From Verrucomicrobiia bacterium (lineage in GTDB: Bacteria > Verrucomicrobiota > Verrucomicrobiia > JADLBR01), in contig DAOOOX010000016.1 in assembly GCA_035387945.1 (NCBI GenBank), positions 25,918-89,917 of the forward strand: a stretch of 64,000 nt of DNA. Direction: 5' to 3'. The notes below the pieces were generated by a model, which was not told the DNA's origin, ran no database searches, and saw nothing but the letters and a program-made list of their open reading frames with translations. This document shows, piece after piece, positions 36,730 through 46,029 of the stretch. Made by a program: the position numbers and the translations under genes. Every line of letters begins with the position of its first letter. The stretch's first letter is position 1.

Positions 36730-37102
36730 TATCGACGGGGTCATCTGTCGGCTCCGCACCGCCGGGGAGACGTACGCCGACCTGCTTCCGGTCGCGGGCG
36801 CCGTGGAACGCATGAGGAGCCTGAAGGATGCGGGCCATTACATCATCCTGCAGACCGCGCGCCACATGAAGACCTGCGGTGGCAACGTGGGCCTGACCGT
36901 CGCGCGCCAAGGGAAGACCCTGCTCGATTGGCTCGAGCGTCACGGCGTCCCCTATGACGAGATCTGGTTTGGGAAACCCCAGGCCGATGTCTATATCGAC
37001 GACAATGGATACCGCTTCGAATCCTGGGACAATGTCGTGCCGGACGGAAGCAATCTGCCCGTGAACCGGGAGAAAGCCCTCGCGGGAGAAGCGCCACGGT
37101 GA
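36713..37102 (+). CDS. small HAD-superfamily phosphatase (capsule-biosynthesis phosphatase type)
   Basis: 129 aa. It has motif I (CLDIDGVIC), ILQTAR, and GKPQADVYIDDN. Its size and motifs fit the small capsule-locus HAD phosphatases. It overlaps the upstream gene by 17 nt. Confidence 0.75.
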   Translation: MRICLDIDGVICRLRTAGETYADLLPVAGAVERMRSLKDAGHYIILQTARHMKTCGGNVGLTVARQGKTLLDWLERHGVPYDEIWFGKPQADVYIDDNGYRFESWDNVVPDGSNLPVNREKALAGEAPR

Positions 37103-37839
37103 CACCCCAACGTTTCGCCGAAGCCCAGCGCGCCGAGGCGGTCCACCACCGCGAGGCATGGACGCACCTGCACGTGGGCCCGCTGCCCCATGTCCAGAGC
37201 ATCGTCGACTACAGGTACTGGCTGGAATCGTACTATCGGACCGTGCTGATGTTCTTCGGTTTTGGCGTGGAATGGTTCCAGGGCCGCAGCGTCATCGAGA
37301 TCGGCAGCGGCCCGTTCGGGGCGGTGGCCTGCCTGCCCCCCGGGGATCGGGTTGCGGTGGATCCGCTGATGGACGAATTTGCGGAATACATGAGACCGCA
37401 GTGGACCGACGGGGTCGTTCGGCTGACGGCGCGCGGTGAATGCCTGCCCCTGCCCGACGAACGATTCGACGCGGCGATCATGATCAACTGCCTCGACCAC
37501 ACCGATCGACCCGACAAAGTCCTGCGCGAGCTCGCGAGGGTCACGCGGAGGGGCGGCAAACTTTTTTTCATGAACAACGTCAAGTCCCGCGTCGGTTGCC
37601 TCATGGCCAAGCTGGGCGAGGCGCTGAGGATCCGGAAGCTGATGGAGGTGTACCACCCCCATGCGTTCACCAGCGCTTCGGCGATACGGCTGATGGCCTC
37701 GGCCGGTTGGCGCCTCCAGGGCAGTGCGTGGTCGCGGGCGCGCCTGGAGAGCGAGCACCGCAAGCTCTCCTGGAAGGGCCGCCTGCGTTTGCTTCTCAAC
37801 GGCGAGAGCGCATTCTATGGGCTCTTCGAACGCACATGA
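37099..37839 (+). CDS. class I SAM-dependent methyltransferase
   Basis: 246 aa. It has motif I (VIEIGSGPFG) and the post-I/II segment FDAAIMINCLDHTDRPDKVLRELARVTRRGGKLFF. GTGA overlap with the upstream stop. Confidence 0.8.
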   Translation: MTPQRFAEAQRAEAVHHREAWTHLHVGPLPHVQSIVDYRYWLESYYRTVLMFFGFGVEWFQGRSVIEIGSGPFGAVACLPPGDRVAVDPLMDEFAEYMRPQWTDGVVRLTARGECLPLPDERFDAAIMINCLDHTDRPDKVLRELARVTRRGGKLFFMNNVKSRVGCLMAKLGEALRIRKLMEVYHPHAFTSASAIRLMASAGWRLQGSAWSRARLESEHRKLSWKGRLRLLLNGESAFYGLFERT

Positions 37840-38600
37840 AACCCGACCTCACAATCGTCATCCCCATGGCGGGGATGGGAAGCCGGTTTCGGGCGGCTGG
37901 CTACACCGAGCCCAAGCCGCTCATTCCGGTGATCGACAGGCCGATGTACGCCTGGGCCGTCGATAGCCTCCCGGTGGAGCACGGCACTCGCCTGATCTTC
38001 GTTCTCCTGCGGTCCCACCCCGGATTCGAAGCCCTGCGGGGCGACGTCCTCTCCCGTTATTCCGCGCGTCAACCGGTGATTTTCGAAGCGGCCAAGCCCA
38101 CCCGCGGGCAAGCCGAGACGGTCTTGGCTGCCCGGGCCCACATCGATAACGACAGGCCGCTCCTGATCCACAACGCGGACACCGCGTTCGATGCCGATCC
38201 GAATTGGGTTCGCTCGGCCGTCGAATCGGGGGCTGATGGGGCGCTGCTCGTATTCCAATCGCAGGAGTCTCGCTGGAGCTATTCCCGCGAGGGGCCGGAC
38301 GGCTGGGTCGCGGAAGTCCGCGAGAAGAAGGTCGTCTCATCGTGGGCGTCCACTGGCTCGTACTGGTTTCGTCGCGGGGCGCAGTTCGTGCGGCTGGCCG
38401 ATGAGGCGATCCGTGAAGACAGGCGAGAGGGCAACGAGTTTTATGTCGGCCCCTTGTACAACGAACTGATCGCGCGAGGTGGCAGGGTCCGGAACTACGC
38501 CATACGGCGGCTCTATTGCATGGGAACCCCCGAGGACCTGGCCGCCACACTCACTTTGCTGCGGGAAACAGGCGGTCGCCCCGCGGCGGTAGGCGCATGA
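37836..38600 (+). CDS. nucleotidyltransferase-fold (GT-A-like) capsule biosynthesis protein
   Basis: Trimmed to 254 aa from MKPDLTIVIPMAGMGSRFRAAGYTEPKPLIPV, a sugar nucleotidyltransferase N-terminal signature. ATGA overlaps at both ends. Confidence 0.7.
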   Translation: MKPDLTIVIPMAGMGSRFRAAGYTEPKPLIPVIDRPMYAWAVDSLPVEHGTRLIFVLLRSHPGFEALRGDVLSRYSARQPVIFEAAKPTRGQAETVLAARAHIDNDRPLLIHNADTAFDADPNWVRSAVESGADGALLVFQSQESRWSYSREGPDGWVAEVREKKVVSSWASTGSYWFRRGAQFVRLADEAIREDRREGNEFYVGPLYNELIARGGRVRNYAIRRLYCMGTPEDLAATLTLLRETGGRPAAVGA

Positions 38601-39538
38601 CGGGCACGGAGACGAGCGACACCATGACCGGCAATGCCGAAACCCGTGTCTGGGCCGAGGTCGTCTGCCCCGTGCGCAACGGCGGCGAACCTTTCGCCCG
38701 CACGCTGCGCTCCATCGCCCAGCTGAGATGCCCTCGGCCAGTCCGCCTGCTTATCAGCGACAATCGATCGACCGATGGGACGCCCTGGCGGCACCGGCTC
38801 GACGAGATCGTGAACATGCCCGTCCGCGTCATCTCGACCCCTGAGTCCTTTGGTCGTGTCGAACATTGGAATTGGGCGTTCCAACAGATCCAGGCCGACT
38901 GGATCAAGCCGCTGTTTGTCGGGGACGCCGTCATGCCGGAATACTTCGAGCGTTTCGAGGAAGCCTCCCGGCGTCATCCCCGCGCCGGCCTGCTCTTCTG
39001 CCGGAACAAGGTCCTCCATCCCGACAAGTCGCGCGTGACCACCGCGAAATTCCCCGACGGCGAGATCGGGTTGGAGGAATTCGTCGAACTCACACTGCGC
39101 CCAGCGGTTTTCGTCGGCGGGTTGAGCGGGGTCATGGTGCGCGCCGATGCCTTGCGCGAGTGCCTGCCCTTTTCCGAACGGCACCCGTGGACTGCCGACG
39201 CGCGGTTTTACCGGGACGTTGCGAGGGCCTGCCCAATGGTGGGCATCAAGGAGGTGCTATGCGTGCTCGACCAGACGATTGCCCGATTGAGCGCCTCCGT
39301 CCGCGCGATCGGGCCGAGCCTTCGGGAGGAATGGGCGTTCATGGCCGAGCTGCAGAAGGAGGCGGGGGTTCCCGCGGTGGGGGCGTTTCGCCATCGCGCC
39401 GCCGTACTCGGCCTGCTCGCGCTCGCCAAGTACGGGCGGCATGTCCTGCCCGAGACGCTGAGGCGTGCGATGGGCAAAGTGTGCCGCAGGTTTGGTCCTG
39501 GTGACGGGGCGGGGCAGGGGAGCGGTGAAACGGATTGA
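38597..39538 (+). CDS. glycosyltransferase family 2
   Basis: Trimmed to 313 aa. VVCPVRNGGEPFARTLRSIAQL...LLISDNRSTDGT is the GT2 N-terminal pattern. Confidence 0.8.
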   Translation: MTGTETSDTMTGNAETRVWAEVVCPVRNGGEPFARTLRSIAQLRCPRPVRLLISDNRSTDGTPWRHRLDEIVNMPVRVISTPESFGRVEHWNWAFQQIQADWIKPLFVGDAVMPEYFERFEEASRRHPRAGLLFCRNKVLHPDKSRVTTAKFPDGEIGLEEFVELTLRPAVFVGGLSGVMVRADALRECLPFSERHPWTADARFYRDVARACPMVGIKEVLCVLDQTIARLSASVRAIGPSLREEWAFMAELQKEAGVPAVGAFRHRAAVLGLLALAKYGRHVLPETLRRAMGKVCRRFGPGDGAGQGSGETD

Positions 39539-40940
39539 TCTGCCGGTGCGGCGATGGGTGGAGAGCCATCCGGCCCGCGCCGGAACGCTGGCCACGTGGG
39601 CCGTTCAAGGGGGCGCGCTCGTCGCTCAACTCGCGCTGGTCCCGTTCCTGCTCCGGCATATCGGGGCGGACCGGATGGGGCAGTGGTTTTATCTTCTCGG
39701 CGCCTCGGTGTTCCTGCAGGTAGGCGATTTCGGTTTTTCCCAGACGATCACCCGACAGATTAGCTATCTCCTTCAGATCAGGCGGAGGAGCGGCGATCGA
39801 CACGGGTTTTTCCTGAGGGTGCCGGGGCTGCGCGGGTTGGGCGCCGTGCTCGCGGCCCACCGATGGCTCGCCTGGCGTGGCGCCCTCGCCACGGTCGGTG
39901 CCGGGATCCTCATGGACACATGTCTCCTCTTCCACGGCGCTTTTCGGCGGAGTCCCGATCTTGCGGTCTGCTGGTACGCGCTGGTGTTGGCGGCGGTCCT
40001 CTCGTGCGTTGCCCGCGTGAATGCCTCATACCTCACCGGCGTCCTGCGTCCCTATCACGAGCGTGTCGGTTTCGGGTTCGGCTTGGTTGTTCAATACGCG
40101 TTTTCGTTCTTGGGCGTGCTGGTCGAGCCCTCGGTGGCCGCGCTTGGCGCGGCCTCTGTCGCGGGGGCCATCGTTCAGGGCGCGTGCTGGCGATGGTTGG
40201 CGGCCGACCGCCCGAATGCCGTCGCCGCCCGCCGGACGATCACCGCACGGCTTTGGAGGCTGTGCGCGCCGCAGGGCTCCGCAACGCTTGCGGGTTCGGT
40301 CGCGTTCCAGTCGAACCAGATCCTGCTCGGCCAGATCACCTCCGCCACGATGGTGGCCATGTTGGCGCTCCCGACGAGGATTGCCGCGGTGGCGCTCGAG
40401 GGGCTCAGGGCCACTTTCATGCCCCAGGTCAGTTTCATCGGCAGGGACATCGGCTCGCATGACGCCCGGGCCATCCTGGTGCGCATCTATCGCGTTTTCG
40501 CGTTCGTTCTAGGGGCGACGGTCGGTGCCTACGCGGTCTTCGCGCTCGCGGGTCCCGCGTTCATACACTGGTGGGCCCGCGGCGAGCTCGATGCCCCCTT
40601 TGCCGTCTTCCTGCTGCTCGCCATTTTGAACATTGTCGTCTGCCTGGAAAATTTGGCCGCAGGCTTCATCACGGCACATGGCGTGATGCCTTTCGCGGTG
40701 GTGGGTTGGCTCGCCGCGATTTCGAATGTCGCGCTGATGTTCGTGCTCATTCCCCGATATGGCCTGGCGGGAAGCGTCGCCTCGACCCTCATCGCGCAAT
40801 TCGTGTTTTCCACCACGTACACCTTTTACCTCTTCTGGCGGCGGCTGCGATATTGGCACGCGCAAGACCCCGGATTCGCGTGGCGCGACCTGTGGCCCAT
40901 TCGCCGGGAAGCCCGCCCGCCGGAGGACCGCCGCCCATGA
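39525..40940 (+). CDS. polysaccharide flippase-like membrane protein (Wzx/MOP superfamily)
   Basis: A polytopic ~470-aa protein in a polysaccharide locus. The N-terminal region reads LVAQLALVPFLLRHIGADRMGQWFYL. GTG 39525 is proposed as the start (the track ORF starts at 39465). Confidence 0.6.
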   Translation: MKRIDLPVRRWVESHPARAGTLATWAVQGGALVAQLALVPFLLRHIGADRMGQWFYLLGASVFLQVGDFGFSQTITRQISYLLQIRRRSGDRHGFFLRVPGLRGLGAVLAAHRWLAWRGALATVGAGILMDTCLLFHGAFRRSPDLAVCWYALVLAAVLSCVARVNASYLTGVLRPYHERVGFGFGLVVQYAFSFLGVLVEPSVAALGAASVAGAIVQGACWRWLAADRPNAVAARRTITARLWRLCAPQGSATLAGSVAFQSNQILLGQITSATMVAMLALPTRIAAVALEGLRATFMPQVSFIGRDIGSHDARAILVRIYRVFAFVLGATVGAYAVFALAGPAFIHWWARGELDAPFAVFLLLAILNIVVCLENLAAGFITAHGVMPFAVVGWLAAISNVALMFVLIPRYGLAGSVASTLIAQFVFSTTYTFYLFWRRLRYWHAQDPGFAWRDLWPIRREARPPEDRRP

Positions 40941-41001
40941 GCCAGTGCTCGCCCGCGCCACCGGTCCAGCGCATGATAGCCCCCCCCTCCAAGGCGTTCA
41001 T

Positions 41002-42018
41002 ATGATCACGTTCCTGGTCGTCGGTCGCAACGATAGCTACGGCATCAACCTCCACAAGCGCACCGCGCTCAGCCTCAATTTTTTTGCATCGCTGTGTCAG
41101 GAGGAGAGCGATGAGATCGTCTACGTGGACTGCAATACCCCGCACCACGAGCAGACGCTCGTCGAGGCCATCGCCGACACGCTCACGCCAGAGGCGCGTC
41201 GCCGGATCAAGGCCTATCGGATATCCGGCGAGCTGATGCGGCGGGCGATCGGCGACACGCCGTTGCCTTTCTCCGACGAGCTTTCGCGCAACGTCGGGCT
41301 ACGCCGCAGCAATCCCGCCAACCCGTGGGTGCTTTCCACCAATTGCGACGTGCTGCTGCACCCGTTCACGGGACGCTCGTTCGTCGATCTGCTGGAGATT
41401 CTCGAACAACGCTTCTACGTTTGCCCGAGGATATCGATCCCCATCCCGCAGTGGCAGTGCCTCCCGAGGATGGACACCGCCGCCATGCGCTCCTTCTGCG
41501 ATGCGGTCGTGCTGGCTGGCTTTCGCTATCCTCCCGAAAAAGGGGCATCGTGGCTTCGTTTTGATTCCGTGGGCGATTTCCAACTCGCTCCGCGAGCCCA
41601 GTGGTTCGCCATCCACGGCTGCGAGGAGGGGATGAAACTCTGGGGTCACAGCGATGCCAATAATTCGCGGCGCCTCAACCTGCTCAACGGCGGGGGGACG
41701 ACGCCGGACATCGGCGGGCACTTTCTGGTGATGCACCTTGACCACAACCCGGATCAGAAGGTGGCCCATACCCACACGCTGCCGCACAACGATTGGAAAC
41801 AGTGGGTGGAAGACGTGTCCGACCCGGTGTCCAAGAACCCGGACGATTGGGGGCTGCGCGACATCGACCTTCCCGTCATCCGGCTCGAGGCCATGGCGCC
41901 CGCGGCGATCTTGAAAACGCATCGGCGACCGCGGAGCTGGTTCCGGCAGGTCCGCCTATCGCTCGTCGCCGGATTCAACCGTCGGGTGAGCCGGATCTTA
42001 AACCGGATTAAGCCCTGA
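41002..42018 (+). CDS. GT-A-fold glycosyltransferase-like protein (function uncertain)
   Basis: 338 aa from ATG 41002. The N-terminus ITFLVVGRNDSYG and the later GDFQLAPRAQWFAIHGCEEGMKLWGHSDANNSRRL resemble the GT2/galactosyltransferase C-terminal motif WGxED. Confidence 0.5.
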   Translation: MITFLVVGRNDSYGINLHKRTALSLNFFASLCQEESDEIVYVDCNTPHHEQTLVEAIADTLTPEARRRIKAYRISGELMRRAIGDTPLPFSDELSRNVGLRRSNPANPWVLSTNCDVLLHPFTGRSFVDLLEILEQRFYVCPRISIPIPQWQCLPRMDTAAMRSFCDAVVLAGFRYPPEKGASWLRFDSVGDFQLAPRAQWFAIHGCEEGMKLWGHSDANNSRRLNLLNGGGTTPDIGGHFLVMHLDHNPDQKVAHTHTLPHNDWKQWVEDVSDPVSKNPDDWGLRDIDLPVIRLEAMAPAAILKTHRRPRSWFRQVRLSLVAGFNRRVSRILNRIKP

Positions 42019-42999
42019 GATATCGGCGATCCAAGCCCGGACCAGATCGAGTTCCTTGTCTGGCAAGAGATCCATTTCGACGAGCGCCTCGTAGCAGCGA
42101 AGCAGGTTTTGGCAGACCGTCCCGATCTGGCGACCGGCATCCAGCGTTTTCTTCTCAAGCGCCCTGCGGATGCGGTCATTGTTGAGGTAACCTGGGATCT
42201 CCTGCTCAAAATCCTGGAGCAGTCGATGCTCGTTGCGGTTCTGGTACATGGTCGGCCCCTGGAACGCCAGGCGGGAATCCATCTCCCAGAGGCATCGCTG
42301 TGCGACCAGTGATCGCCAGATGTCGGTCATGCGAAAGGAGCAGAATGATGGCAGGTACATCAGCGGGAACGCCGGTTGAAAGAAGGTCGTGTTCTGGCTG
42401 TTGAAGGGGCACCAGCAACCCGGACCTAGCGCGATGGCCTCGCGCGCCACGAAATCGACCGGGAGTTGATGGACCAGTCGATAGATCGCATCGACATCTG
42501 GATCACCGTTGGCCAGGCCCTGCTGGATGAGGCACTCAACGGGGGCCGCCTCGCCAAACGAGACCGGGTTGGAATCCCGGATCATCTCCAGGGGAAACCC
42601 GCGGGGCCAGATCGAAAGGCCGGGCGCGAATTCCCCGTAGGCGTTGACCCAGCCACTTCCGGTGGCCAGGCGGGCGTCGAGCCGGGGATTTCGTGGTCGC
42701 CAGAAGTCGGGCAGGGGGATGTTGTCATCGTCTGTTTCCACGATGGATCGGGCACCCTCCGATGCCGCGAGCAGATAGCCGAGGTTTTTCCGCGCGTAAT
42801 GTCGCTCGGGCAAGAGGGACGCAATCTGAAAAGGCAGCGCGAGCTGCGATCCGATGTCTATGAAACGGGTCCCGGGCAGCGGGTATTCCTTGGGACCGGG
42901 CCTATCACCGATGACCCAAAGCGCACCGGAGGACAGTCCTTCGGCGATGGCCTTGGCCCCCTGGCTTGGGGGAAAAATCGTGGTGACAACAACATGCAT
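41998..42999 (-). CDS. putative glycosyltransferase (STELLO/DUF288-like)
   Basis: 333 aa. MHVVVTTIFPPS, VETDDDNIP and WPRGFPL resemble the DUF288/STELLO-type family. This is recalled from memory only. It converges on and overlaps the previous gene by 21 nt. Confidence 0.45.
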   Translation of the reverse strand: MHVVVTTIFPPSQGAKAIAEGLSSGALWVIGDRPGPKEYPLPGTRFIDIGSQLALPFQIASLLPERHYARKNLGYLLAASEGARSIVETDDDNIPLPDFWRPRNPRLDARLATGSGWVNAYGEFAPGLSIWPRGFPLEMIRDSNPVSFGEAAPVECLIQQGLANGDPDVDAIYRLVHQLPVDFVAREAIALGPGCWCPFNSQNTTFFQPAFPLMYLPSFCSFRMTDIWRSLVAQRCLWEMDSRLAFQGPTMYQNRNEHRLLQDFEQEIPGYLNNDRIRRALEKKTLDAGRQIGTVCQNLLRCYEALVEMDLLPDKELDLVRAWIADISGLNPV

Positions 43000-43019
43000 C
43001 CGCGATCAGGCTATACTCC

Positions 43020-44228
43020 ATGCAGGGGAAATCTGGGTCAAGGGCGAACGGCGAGCCGTTGGTCGAGCCGTGTCCCGGCACCCAGGACGCGCGGTCCCAA
43101 CTCGCGATACTGTGTTTGACGCAAGGGCAGGGCTCTGGAGCGGAGAGGGTCTTGGCGCTGCTGCTGCGAGAGCTCGGGCCATCCTTTTCGAGTCGCACGA
43201 TCCTGCTTTGTCCCGAGGGGTCGGCCATCTCCCGGGCCGCTTCAGAATCGGGATGCCCGGTGTTGCCGTGGCGGGCCACGCGGGATTCGTTCGGCCAGAA
43301 CCTCGGGGCTTTTCTCCGCGCGCGACGCGAGCTGCCGCCCGGGATCCGGCTGATTCACGCCTGGACCGCCCGGGCCTTTGAGTGGGCGATCCTGTTGGCC
43401 CGCCGGCGGGGTGCCGGGATCATGGGAACACTGCACGACCATCCGCGCGCCCCCTTCCACCGATTCGGGCGGCGGTTGTTGGTCCGGCGCTGCGCGATCC
43501 GGCTCCGGCCCATGGTATGTGTGAGCGAGGCCCTGTTGGCCACGTGCGCGCGGCTGGGCGTGGGTCGCTCCCTTCTCGTGATCCGCAACGGGTTGCCCGC
43601 GGCGCCGCCCTCAACTCCGCGCGCGGATCGTGCCCTCCGCATCGGTTTCACCGGCATGAACGCCGCGTGGAAGGGATTTGCGACGATTGCGGCATGGGCC
43701 AACCGCAGGCCGGCGGTGCCCTTGGAGTGGCATCTTTTCGGGGAGCCCTCGCCCGATCTGCAGGATGGGCTGAGCGCCCTGCGGCGTGCCGCGGGGCCGA
43801 GTCTCGTTGCGCATGGCCGAGTACGCCCCGAGGAGATCTTTGAACACATCGACGTGTTGGCGCACCCCTCGGTGTTTTTTGACCCTTTGCCCACCGCCCT
43901 TATCGAGGCGGCCCGGGCCGGTATTCCCGCCGTGGCCACCGACGTCGGTGGGAGCCGCGAGATCGTGTCCCACGGCACCACCGGCTTCCTTTTTCCGACG
44001 TCTGACCCGGACGTTGGCTTTGCCCAGCTCCGGCAACTGGCGAGCGATGTCGCCCTCAGGCGCCGCATGGCGGCAGACGCGCGACGGCGATTCGATCAGG
44101 AATTCGGAATAGGGCGCATGGCCGATTCCTACCTTGCCTTATGGCGGCAGTACCTCCAAAAACCCGAAGCCGAACGGTCTCGCCGGTGGCCCGAGTCGCC
44201 CGCGTGTCCGGCACGAACGGTCCGATGA
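43020..44228 (+). CDS. glycosyltransferase family 4
   Basis: 402 aa. IDVLAHPSVFFDPLPTALIEAARAGIPAVATDVGGSREIVSHGTTGFLF is the GT4 E-x7-E region. The start is uncertain (an alternative TTG lies at 43059). Confidence 0.85.
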   Translation: MQGKSGSRANGEPLVEPCPGTQDARSQLAILCLTQGQGSGAERVLALLLRELGPSFSSRTILLCPEGSAISRAASESGCPVLPWRATRDSFGQNLGAFLRARRELPPGIRLIHAWTARAFEWAILLARRRGAGIMGTLHDHPRAPFHRFGRRLLVRRCAIRLRPMVCVSEALLATCARLGVGRSLLVIRNGLPAAPPSTPRADRALRIGFTGMNAAWKGFATIAAWANRRPAVPLEWHLFGEPSPDLQDGLSALRRAAGPSLVAHGRVRPEEIFEHIDVLAHPSVFFDPLPTALIEAARAGIPAVATDVGGSREIVSHGTTGFLFPTSDPDVGFAQLRQLASDVALRRRMAADARRRFDQEFGIGRMADSYLALWRQYLQKPEAERSRRWPESPACPARTVR

Positions 44229-44232
44229 TCTG

Positions 44233-45732
44233 ATGTCGCCGCGATTCTTGAGTTTTCTCGTTGCGTCCGGAGCCCTATTTCTCGCGGGGTGGTTCGGGCT
44301 GGCCATTGCGGACAACAACTATTTGCCCATGATCGGATTCGCGGCGCTCGTGGGCGGCGTTGCGCTTCTGGCACTGCCGCATCTGTTCGGGGGCATTGCC
44401 TTCGCACTGTATTATTCGAACCTGACGGCACCCGGCATCCCAGGCCTGATGGATCTCTTCGCCGTTATCAGCGCGGCGCTCGTGGTGGTTTTTCTGCTGC
44501 GCACGATGATCCAGCACCAGTTCTCCCCGCCACCCCGATTTGCGGCCTACGGTTTGCTCGTGGCCTTGTGGCTTCTGATTGTCATGGGCGTGCGGGGCGC
44601 GGGTTTCCGCGTCCTCGGCTCGGACACCTGGGGCGGCATGTTCTACCTGAGGCTGCTCAGTGGTTTTGCGTTCGTGTTCGCCACGGCCCAGGTGCGCCTG
44701 TCCCCCAAGCAGTGGAGCCGCGTCTTCAATTTCATGATGCTGACGACCTTCCTGCCTGTGATGGCCGACGTGGTGCTGATCTTTGGTTTCATGCCAACTC
44801 CGCTCTTCATGTTTCTCCGGCCGAGCAGCGGCATCGGGTTTTCGATGATGGCGGCCCAGGCATTGGAGGGTATCGTCCGCTACCTGTCCGCCGGAACCGC
44901 CGGAGTGATCCTCTGCCTGTGGATTTTTTCGCGGGCGTCTTTCGACAGGCTTTTTGGCCGGGCGGGCCTAGTTTATGGGCCGCTGCTAGCCCTGGCCTTT
45001 GGCCTCGCGGCGGTTTCCGGTTTTCGCATCCGGATCCTTGAGATCGTACTGTTCATCGCAATCGCGGGCGCGCTACAGCGTGGCTGGAGCTTCTTGCGGG
45101 TGTCGCTGATCCTGGGCGTCGCCATATGCGGCTTCGCCGCGCTGTATCCCGTGGCGCGCCACCTTCCGCTGCCAGCCCAGCGCAGCGTCGCGTGGCTGCC
45201 CGGGATCGACATCAACGCCAGTGCAAAACAGGATGCCCAGGGGACTTTGAATTGGCGTGTTGAACTGTGGAAGCGCGCCATCGAGGAGGCCCCCAAGTAT
45301 CTGGTGGTCGGCAAGGGCTATTCCTTCCTCGGGGAGGAGTCCATGGATGCCTATACGTTCCGCGGTCTGGATGAGTTGCGGTGGGCGGTCGTGAGCTCCT
45401 CGTATCACAATGGACCGCTGAGTATGCTCCTCGGGTTGGGCGTGCCCGGGCTTATCGCGAGCATGCTATGGATCGCGTCCATGGTGCGCTACGCGATCAC
45501 GAGCCTGCGGCGACCTTGGCAATCGCAGATCATCCAGCTGCTTTTTCTCGCTGCCGCGACTCGCCTGCTTGTGTCCGTCGCCATCTTTTTCACGCTTTAT
45601 GGCGATGTCCAAGCCTCATTCCCGGAGTTGCTATATCTGGGGGCCCTGATGGTGGCCCTGAGCTATTCCGATCAGGCGCTGGCTTCGAAGCAGGATGAGA
45701 CGGAGATTGCGGTGGAACGAGTCCCGGGATGA
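44233..45732 (+). CDS. O-antigen polymerase/ligase-like (Wzy-type) membrane protein
   Basis: 499 aa from ATG 44233 and polytopic. It has a large loop with RVELWKRAIEEAPKYLVVGKGYSF, typical of the O-antigen ligase/polymerase family. Confidence 0.6.
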   Translation: MSPRFLSFLVASGALFLAGWFGLAIADNNYLPMIGFAALVGGVALLALPHLFGGIAFALYYSNLTAPGIPGLMDLFAVISAALVVVFLLRTMIQHQFSPPPRFAAYGLLVALWLLIVMGVRGAGFRVLGSDTWGGMFYLRLLSGFAFVFATAQVRLSPKQWSRVFNFMMLTTFLPVMADVVLIFGFMPTPLFMFLRPSSGIGFSMMAAQALEGIVRYLSAGTAGVILCLWIFSRASFDRLFGRAGLVYGPLLALAFGLAAVSGFRIRILEIVLFIAIAGALQRGWSFLRVSLILGVAICGFAALYPVARHLPLPAQRSVAWLPGIDINASAKQDAQGTLNWRVELWKRAIEEAPKYLVVGKGYSFLGEESMDAYTFRGLDELRWAVVSSSYHNGPLSMLLGLGVPGLIASMLWIASMVRYAITSLRRPWQSQIIQLLFLAAATRLLVSVAIFFTLYGDVQASFPELLYLGALMVALSYSDQALASKQDETEIAVERVPG

Positions 45733-45768
45733 GTCATCGTGGAGACAGGTCTAGGAAAGCCGCGGGCG

Positions 45769-46026
45769 ATGCGCGTCGCGATTGACACGTCGGCACTCTA
45801 TACGGCGCGGGCGGGGATCCACCGCTACTTCCGGGGTGTTTTTGCGGGCCTCGCGTCTCTGGGCGAGAGGGTGCCAGAGGTCAGAAAGACCGCAGGGCCT
45901 ATCGCAAACTATGGTTATCGGCAGCCGGGCCGTGCTCGGGCGAGAATGTTCTCATGGGAGCGCTGCGCGCGGGAAACGTTTGCCGTTTATTGTCGCGCGG
46001 TGGGCGCGCGTTCGATCAGGGGATAG
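45769..46026 (+). pseudogene. remnant of a GT4 glycosyltransferase (internal deletion)
   Basis: 85 aa. It joins a GT4 N-terminus (MRVAIDTSALYTARAGIHRYFRGVFAGL) directly to a GT4 C-terminal tail (FSWERCARETFAVYCRAV). The whole catalytic core is missing. Confidence 0.5.
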
Positions 46027-46029
46027 CCG

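Noticed and set aside
40571-41005. 144-aa plus-strand ORF overlapping the end of the flippase gene
   Set aside because: Most of it is an out-of-frame shadow of the flippase. Only its last 22 codons (from ATG 40937) lie in the intergenic gap, and these are discussed as a bridge ORF.
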